From NCBI GenBank assembly GCA_951406725.2, contig OX597815.1, positions 7,564,001-7,628,000 of the forward strand: a stretch of DNA of 64,000 nt, given 5' to 3'. The stretch's first letter is position 1. Each line of letters opens with the position of its first letter. Shown here piece after piece: positions 56,009 to 64,000 of the stretch. Source of the DNA: Octopus vulgaris (taxonomy: Eukaryota). The position numbers were made by a program, and so were the translations under genes. The notes below the pieces were generated by a model. It was not told the DNA's origin and searched no databases. It saw nothing but the letters and a program-made list of their open reading frames with translations.

Positions 56009-56764
56009 TCTGGAGTTTCTGGATCACAGTTGCAAGACTTTCACCATCAATGTTGTATGTCTTGAGTGTAATGCAGGAGCAATAACTTTTTTGGGTTCCT
56101 TCCAGGCACAGAGCTGGTTAAATTCTTTCTTTTCACTCCAGATTTACCTCCAGAAGGAATCTATGTCTTCTCGTGAAGGATGTGATGTTTACTGCTCCTC
56201 TTCTCATGTCTCTGTATACTGCTGCCTGGTTGCAGTTAAATCTTTTGTTCATTGTTCTTCTCTCGGTTATTCTTTCCCGATGTCGGAGTTTTTCACTGAC
56301 AGCTTTTAGCTCCTGCTTGAGGGTAATCAATTTGCAAGTGAGGTGACTTCTTTTTGCTGTCTCCAAACATCATTTCTATCTCCTTCTTTACTTTCTGTTG
56401 GTGGAACGTATAGTGATTTGCTTGTTTGCAAATGGTCTTCCGTAAACTAGTTATCTTTTTCTCTGTCTTCAAAACCCATCATGGTACTTTCTTTGTTATT
56501 ATGGTTTTGTTCACTTTTTGAATATCACTCATGTACTGCTTTGCAGTAGTAGCCATAGCGTATAGACAGGTGTTAACCTGCCAGCATGTGGGTTCATCCC
56601 ACTCTTGTAAATATTCATCACCAATTTCGTTAACAGTTTTTAATACCGTATCTGGTGGGTTTTTTTTACTCACTTTGATAGAGAATACTCTCTCCTCGAG
56701 AGAGTCCAAAGTTATTTTTTCTCGGAAAATTTCAGTAAAGGCACATTTCACTGGCATATAATCC

Positions 56765-56795
<31 letters not shown>

Positions 56796-57536
56796 AGTAA
56801 TCGTTGCGGTTGTGCCTGCTATTTGCCATAGTCGTAGTAGGAGGACAGTGGTCAAGTTACTTGATCCAGTAATGTAGTTTGGCTGACAGGCACTACAGAA
56901 TCCATTGGAATATCGCTAGCTGTGAAACCACGCGGTGGCCTTTATGTCATTCACGTTTTCATTTTTGCTTATAGATTTGGGAAGAAGGTTAATTTTCGAT
57001 TTCTTAATAAAGTTACAGTTACTAACCTTCTTCCTATGTTCTGCAAATGTCGTTTGTTGGCGTAATTGCTTCGCAGTAAAATGATTTAATTCTGGATGCA
57101 GATCGTCCCAACATGATTTCAATCGTTCCATATAGCCAACAGTACGGTTTTGTTTCGCTTTTTCGTAGTAGTTAAATAAGATCATTATTCAATTCATAAC
57201 TCCAAGAGAAATGAGTTTTGTAGTTTCGGTTTCTTCTATAACGACAGCTAGAGAGAAATTGTTTACCTGTTTTCGCTCTGTTCTTCGGTTGTTTTGTTGT
57301 TGATGTTGTCTCCAGCCATGTTGTTTGTAGTAACTCTCTACATACTAAATTCAAGTTTCATTCGAAAATCACTACGATCGTGAATAAAAAACTCCCTCAC
57401 TTCATTCATCTGAAGATTAACCAGTTAGTTAACAAGGCCGACAGTTGTGGCTCCAAAGCTGGAGATAGTATTCTTCATGTTTTCGATAAATAGTCTCCCA
57501 CGATAAATACGCGACTTGTCGCTTCGAATGTTTCGT
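56009..57536 (-). mobile_element. 5' portion of an R4/Dong-like RLE retrotransposon (degraded)
   Basis: Minus translation GYMERLKSCWDDLHPELNHFTAKQLRQQ and ERRTMNKRFNCNQAAVYRDM...SREDIDSFWR resembles the pre-RT N-terminal region of R4-clade ORFs. The 5' end abuts (TATG)n at 57537-57624. Confidence 0.65.
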
Positions 57537-57594
57537 TGTATGTATGTATGTATGTATGTATGTATGTATGTATGTATGTATGTATGTATGTATG

Positions 57595-57624
<30 letters not shown>

Positions 57625-57627
<3 letters not shown>

Positions 57628-58775
57628 CATTTCATGGTGGGATGGAGGCTTGGGGTCAATGTTGGTGATAGCATGGCAGGACTCATTCCTGTAGAGAATG
57701 GTGTCAAGCAGGGTGACATTCTATCCCCAACTCTCTTTTCTTTGTACTTTGCTGCTGCTTTTACTCATGCTTTTGCTACGGTTAGCTCTCTGGGAATATA
57801 TTTCAGGTATCGATCTTCTGGCCATTTCTTTAATCTGCGTCGATTTGCTGCCAATTCAAAAGTTTTCCAGTCCCTTATTCGTGACCCCTTTTAAGCAGAT
57901 GACTGTGACTTAGTCACTCATACAGTGGATGACATGCAAATACTTACGAATCGTATTTCTCCTTTTTGCAAGGCATTTGGACTCATCATTAGCCTGGACA
58001 AGACTGTTGTAATGTTCCAGCCTGCACCAGGAAATCTTAATATGTGGAACCAGCTATCTTGGTTGAAGGAACAATACTGAAAATGGTAGACAAGATTGTC
58101 TACCTGGGCAGCACACAAGCCATTCTTGCTCCCTGGATGATGAAATATCTTTCAGGCTGCCGAGAGCAACTGATTCCTTCCGGTCTCTTCAGTCCCGTGT
58201 CTGGTTCCGGCATGGCATCACAAAGCAAACAAAAACTGCTGTGTACCGTACATGTGTACTGACATCGCTCCTTCACTCATGTGAGACATGGATCCTTTAC
58301 AAACGTCATGTAAAGGTCCTTGAACGCTTTCATGTGTCTCAGACGCACTCTGAATGTTGACTGGACCTTAAAAACTCCACAGGTCCTGAGGACAGCTGAT
58401 GTCTTGAGTATTGAGGGGATGGTACACAAGCAGCGGTTACATTGGACTGGACACCTTATTAGAATGAAGGATAGGAGGATCCCTAGGCATATGCTATATG
58501 GGGAATTTGTGAATGGAAAGAGAACCCGGCAGAAACCAAGAGTGCGATTTAAGGACAGTGTCAAGTCCTCATTAAAGGCCTGTGTTACGCAGGAGACTGA
58601 CCGGGAGAGCAATGCCTGTCATCGCCACAGATGGAGGAAGGTGGGGGTCGACACCTTTGAGAGAGCACGTATTCTGCATGAATAATTTAAGCGTGCTGCT
58701 CGAAAGCGCACTGCTAGTGTAGGGAATGAGGAAAGCTTGGTTTGCAATGTATGCTGTTGTGTGTGCTTGTCTCAT
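57625..58775 (+). pseudogene. Degraded RTE/BovB-like LINE fragment (second RTE family)
   Basis: GVKQGDILSPTLFSLYF, FNLRRF, *ADDC, KTVVMFQPAP, YLGS, QRLHWTGHLIRM..RRIPRHMLYGE. Multiple stops and frameshifts. Confidence 0.85.
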
Positions 58776-59354
58776 TAGACACCAGCATCGGTTGTTAAGC
58801 GATGTTGGGGGGACAAACACACACACACATATATATACATATACATATATACGACGGGCTTCTTTCAGTTTCCGTCTACCAAATCCATTCACAGGGCTTT
58901 GGTTGGGGCAAGGCTATAGTAGAAGATATTTGCCCAAGGTGCTACGCAGTGGACTGAACCCGGAACCATGTGGTTGGTAAGCAAGCTACTTACCACACAG
59001 CCACTCCTGCGCCTATGCAGACACATGACGAGCCACATGCAGACACATGACGAACTTCTTTCAGTTTCCCTCTACTAAATCCACTCACAAGGCTTTGGTC
59101 GGCTCGAGGTTATAGCAAAAGTCACTTGTCCAAGGTGGGACTGAACCCGGAACCTTGTGGTTGAGAAGCAAACTCCTTACCACACAACCACGCCTGCAGC
59201 CAATATTGGCACTCGGTATCTTGCCCTGGCTTGTGTCTAGATCCTGTCAATAGAGTGGAGGGTGTCTGTGAGGTATTGCGTAAGCATTTTGGGCCCTAAA
59301 ATTCGAGGTTGTGCAATCGCTGGCGAGGTGATTTTCTGACGCCTGGTCGAGCAG

Positions 59355-59811
59355 GGGTGCGCAGTGGCGGGAGGGCGCAGTGGCAGGAGGCGCAGTGGCA
59401 GGAGGGCGCAGTGGCAGGCGGGCGCAGTGGCAGGAGGGCGCAGTGGCAGGAGGGTGCAGTGGCATGAGGGCGCAGTGGCATGAGGGCGCAGTGGCAGGCG
59501 GGCGCAGTGGAAGGAGGGCGCAGTGGCATGAGGGCGCAGTGGCATGAGGGCGCAGTGGCATGAGGGCGCAGTGGCAGGCGGGCGCAGTGGAAGGAGGGCG
59601 CTGTGGCAGGCGGGCGCAGTGGCATGAGGGCGCAGTGGCATGAGGGCGCAGTGGCAGGCGGGCGCAGTGGCAGGAGGGCGCAGTGGCAGGCGGGCGCAGT
59701 GGCATGAGGGCGCAGTGGCAGGAGGACGCAGTGGCAGGCGGGCGCAGTGGCATGAGGGCGCAGTGGCAGGAGGGTGCAGTGGCAGGAGGGTGCAGTGGCA
59801 GGAGGGCGCAG
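59355..59811. repeat. GC-rich 16-bp minisatellite, ~28 units
   Basis: GGGCGCAGTGG followed by CAGGA, CATGA, CAGGC or AAGGA. Confidence 0.95.
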
Positions 59812-59862
59812 CAGAAACCTCATTCTGGACCCTAGAATACCCTAATCCTTCATTTACAATTC

Positions 59863-59912
<50 letters not shown>

Positions 59913-60383
59913 ACACACACACACACACACACATACACAAACACATGCACACACGGATATATTTATTCTTCTATGTTTCTATATTCTTCTATGTATTCTT
60001 TTATGTTTCAGTCATTTGACTGCGACCATGCTGGAGCATCACCTTTAGTCGAGCAAATCGACCCCAGGACTTATTCTTTGTAAGCCTAGTACTTATTCTA
60101 TCGGTCTCTTGTACCGATCCGCTAAGTTACGGGGACGTAAACACACCAACATCGTTTGTGAAGCGACGGTGCTTGGACAAACACAGACACACAAACATAT
60201 ACATACATACATGCATGCATGCATGCATACATACATGATGATGTACATACGTACATACATACGTACATACATACATACATACATACATACATACATACAT
60301 ACATACATAATACATACATACATACATACATCATACATACATAATACATACATACATACATACATACATACATACATACATAC

Positions 60384-60540
60384 TACACGTAATAGCCGGC
60401 TGTAGTTGTAACTGGGTTTCATGTACCTTTGCATGTCGTTAAAGTCCTCCTGCCGAATTACACTCTCTTCCACATGCCCGACAGATATGATTGGTATGGT
60501 GTGTAACACTACCACCAGTGGCCAGGTTGTCACTCAGAGA
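60384..60540 (-). mobile_element. Short LINE 3'-end fragment with a C2H2-like motif, embedded in (CATA)n
   Basis: Minus translation HICRACGRECNSAGGL*RHAKVH resembles the RTE C-terminal zinc finger. Both flanks are (CATA)n. Confidence 0.6.
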
Positions 60541-60570
60541 CATACATACATACATACATACATACATACA

Positions 60571-60601
<31 letters not shown>

Positions 60602-60642
60602 GTACATACATACATACATACATACATACATACATACATACA

Positions 60643-60676
<34 letters not shown>

Positions 60677-61369
60677 CGACAGGCTTCTTTCATGTTTCGT
60701 CTAGCAAATCCATTCATAAGGCTTTGGTCGGCCCGAGGCTATAGTAGAAGACACTTGCCCAAGGTGCCACGCAGTGGGACTGAACCCAGGACCACGTGGT
60801 TGGGAAGCAAGCTTTTCATCACGCAGCCACACATCACATCCCATATGCATACGTCAGGGAGGTATTCTTATACAGAAAGTGATTTATAGGGAAAAATTCA
60901 AAAGGCAGAAATGCAACCTGTCGTGTCCCTGCTGTGGCCATGCTGTGGCTCTGCAGTGGTTCTGCTGTGACTTCGCTGAGAGTCTGCAGATCAATTTACA
61001 GCATTTCGAACTGGGAAAACGTAGGCAGTAGATTAAATTTTCCTTATTTGTAACACTTGGCCAATGTTGTACGACAATTCTAGAATTTTTAGTTGAATGA
61101 ATCGGTCCCAGTACTTTTTGTTTTAAGCCTGGTACTACTCTGTAAGCCTAGTACTTTATTCTATCGGTCTCTTGTACCGATCCGCTAACTCACGGGGATG
61201 TAAACACACCAACATCGGTTGTGAAGCGACGGTGCTTGGACAAACACAGACACACAAACATATACATACATACATACATACATACATACATACATGCATA
61301 CATACATACATACATACATACATACATACATGCACACATACATACATACATGCATATATACGACAGGGT

Positions 61370-61665
61370 CCTTTCAGTTTCCGTCTACCAAATCCTTATT
61401 GTATCAAAATCTCTTGTCGAACCGCTAAGTTATGGGGACGTAAACACACCAACATCGTTTGTGAAGCGACGGTGCTTGGACAAACACAGACACACAAACA
61501 CATACATACATACATACATACATACATACATACATACATACATACATACATGCATATATACGACAGGCTTCTTTCAGTTTCCGTCTACCAAATCCTTATT
61601 GTATCAAAATCTCTTGTCGAACCGCTAAGTTATGGGGACGTAAACACACCAACATCGGTTGTCAA
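61370..61665. repeat. Local tandem duplication of rearranged SINE B fragments
   Basis: CTTTCAGTTTCCGTCTACCAAATCCTTATTGTATCAAAATCTCTTGTCGAACCGCTAAG occurs at about 61370 and 61570. Confidence 0.8.
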
Positions 61666-62119
61666 GAGGTGGTGTGGTGGTGGTGGTGGGGAAACAAGTA
61701 CAAAACACACACACACACCAGCACGTAACTTTGCTTTTTTTCCCCAAGTCTGACTGTTGACTTCACTCAAACCCATTTTTTACCTCTGACTTTTCTCCGC
61801 CTTTCTTGACTCTGGGCTATCTTGACTCTTGACTCTGGGCTATCTTGACTCTTCCTGGTCTTGTCAGTTTTGAATTGGCATCGATGCTTCTGTAACTTTG
61901 CTTGTTTTCTAAGTAGGGGTGTTGACTCTACGCAAACCTGCCTTTACCTCTGGGAAGCAGTGGCCTATATCAATCTGGCCCCTATCCTTTGACTTATTCA
62001 GCAAGTGAGGCTCTACCAACAGGTTGCAATTCTCTAGCATAGCTCACAAGGCCGTTAAGGCATACAGGCCACCACATTGCATTAATTACTGGACTTTGTG
62101 ACTGAACATATCGATATGT

Positions 62120-63058
62120 CGCAGGAGTGGCTGTGTGATAAGTAGCTTGCTAACCAACCACATGGTTCTGGGTTCAGTCCCACTGCGTGGCATCTTGGGC
62201 AAGTGTCTTCTGCTATAGCCCCGGGCCGACCAATGCCTTGTGAGTGGATTTGGTAGACGGAAACTGAAAGAAGCCTGTCGTATATATGTATATATATATA
62301 AGTGTGTGTGTATATGTTTGTGTGTCTGTGTTTGTCCTCCTAGCATTGCTTGACAACCGATGCTGGTGTGTTTACGTCCCCGTCACTTAGCGGTTCGGCA
62401 AAAGAGTACGATAGAATAAGTACTGGGCTTACAAAGAATAAGTCCTGGGGGTCGAGTTGCTCGACTAAAGGCGGTGCTCCAGCATGGCCGCAGTCAAATG
62501 ACTGAAACAAGTAAAAGAGTAAGAGTATATTTAGTGTATGACAATTGGTAACACGTCTTTATTAAAACGATATTAGAAACAAATTTGATGCTTTCACTAC
62601 CCTCCCCCCCACTATCGATTTTGACCAACGATTTCCAATCAACAGATCATAACCAAGAGTCATGTGATTGGTTAAACTAGAAACACACACACACACAGAT
62701 ATATACTCTTACTCTTTTTTACTCTTTTACTTGTTTCAGTCATGTGACTGCGGCCATGCTGGGGCATCGCCTTTAGTCGAGCAAATCGACCCCAGGACTT
62801 ATTCTATCGGTCTTATGCCGGACCTCTAAGTTACGGGGACGTAAACGCACCAGCATCGGTTGTCTAGCGATGTTGGGGGAACAAACACAACATACACACA
62901 AACGTATATATATATATACATATACGACGGGCTTCTTTCAGTTTGGTCGGCCCGAGGCTATAGTAGAAGACACTTGCTCAAGGTGCCCCGCAGTGGGACT
63001 GAACCCGGAACCATGCGGTTAGTAAGCAAGCTACTTACCACACAGCCACTCCTGCGCC
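62120..63058. mobile_element. Inverted pair of family B SINEs (62120-62525 plus, 62715-63058 minus)
   Basis: Tail-to-tail copies about 190 bp apart. Confidence 0.88.
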
Positions 63059-64000
63059 TGCAGAAAATGTTGACTACTACTTATTACTTTGAACGCACTG
63101 ATTAAACGTATATCGCTAGGAGATATACGTTTAATCAGTGGAGGCGCAATGGCCCAGTGGTTAGGGCAGCGGATTCGCGGTCGTAGGATCGCGGTTTCGA
63201 TTCCCAGACCGGGTATTGTGAGTCTGTATTGAGCGAAAACACCTAAAAAGCTCCACGAGGCTCCGGCAGAGGGGATGGTGGTGATCCCTGCTGTACTCTT
63301 TCACCACAACTTTCTCTCACTCTTACTTCCTGTTTCTGTTGTACCTGTATTTCAAAGGGCCGGCCTTGTCACTCTCTGTGTCACGCTGAATATCCCCGAG
63401 AACTACGTTAAGGGTACACGTGTCTGTGGAGTGCTCAGCCACTTACACGTTAATTTCACGAGCAGGCTGTTCCGTTGATTCGGATCAACCGGAACCCTCG
63501 TCGTCGTAACCGACGGAGTGCTTCTTTTTTTTTTATCAGCAACAACTTGAATCTCATATTGTGTTGTAAGTCAGCGAGCTGGCAGAATCGTTGGTACGCA
63601 GCGCTAAAAAATGCTTAACGGCGGGCTGGCAGAAACGTTAGCACGCCGGGCGAAATGCTTAGTGGTGTTTCGTCTGCCGCTATGTTCTGAGTTCAAATTC
63701 CGCCGAGGTCGACTTTGCCTTTCATCCTTTCGGGGTCGATTAAATAAGTACCTATTACGCACCGGGGTCGATATAATCGACTTAATTCGTTTGTCTGTCC
63801 TTGTTTGACCCCTCTGTGTTTAGCCCCTTGTGGGTAGTAAAGAAATAGGTATTTCATCTGCCTTTGCGTTCTGAGTTCAAATTCCGCCCAGGTCGACTTT
63901 TCATCCTTTTGGGGTCGATTAAATAAGTACCAGTTACACACTGGGGTCTATGTAATCGACTTCCACCCATGTCTCTCGAAGTCACTGGCCTTCTGCCAAA

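Noticed and set aside
59237-59823. Cys/His/Pro-rich ORFs of 134-175 aa
   Set aside because: They are open in all frames only because the 16-bp repeat lacks stop codons.

Overview
This is repeat-dense eukaryotic DNA. The SINE families, extreme microsatellite load and RTE LINEs point to a coleoid cephalopod, probably Octopus (inference). There is one clear protein-coding gene, an intronless Frizzled-9/10 on the minus strand (ATG 43961, stop 42189). It sits in an ~8 kb SINE-poor, microsatellite-rich island. The rest is four SINE-like families (dozens of copies, many as close inverted pairs), RTE LINE pieces, a Helitron helicase remnant, a complete non-autonomous Helitron, MITEs, foldbacks and mini/microsatellites. 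Almost all other ORFs in the track are translated simple repeats or SINEs. The most notable observations are: (1) an R4/Dong-like restriction-like-endonuclease retrotransposon (52527-57536, minus) split by nested RTE and Helitron sequence and bounded at both ends by (CATA)n; (2) a templated insertion copied in inverted orientation from 9 kb away, across the Frizzled gene; (3) two Penelope-type minimal hammerhead motifs; (4) a pre-miRNA-like hairpin; (5) an orphan CRE/ETS/TATA promoter-like cluster; and (6) a variant-coded GC-rich 16-bp minisatellite. No searches were run, so family names come from motif recognition.
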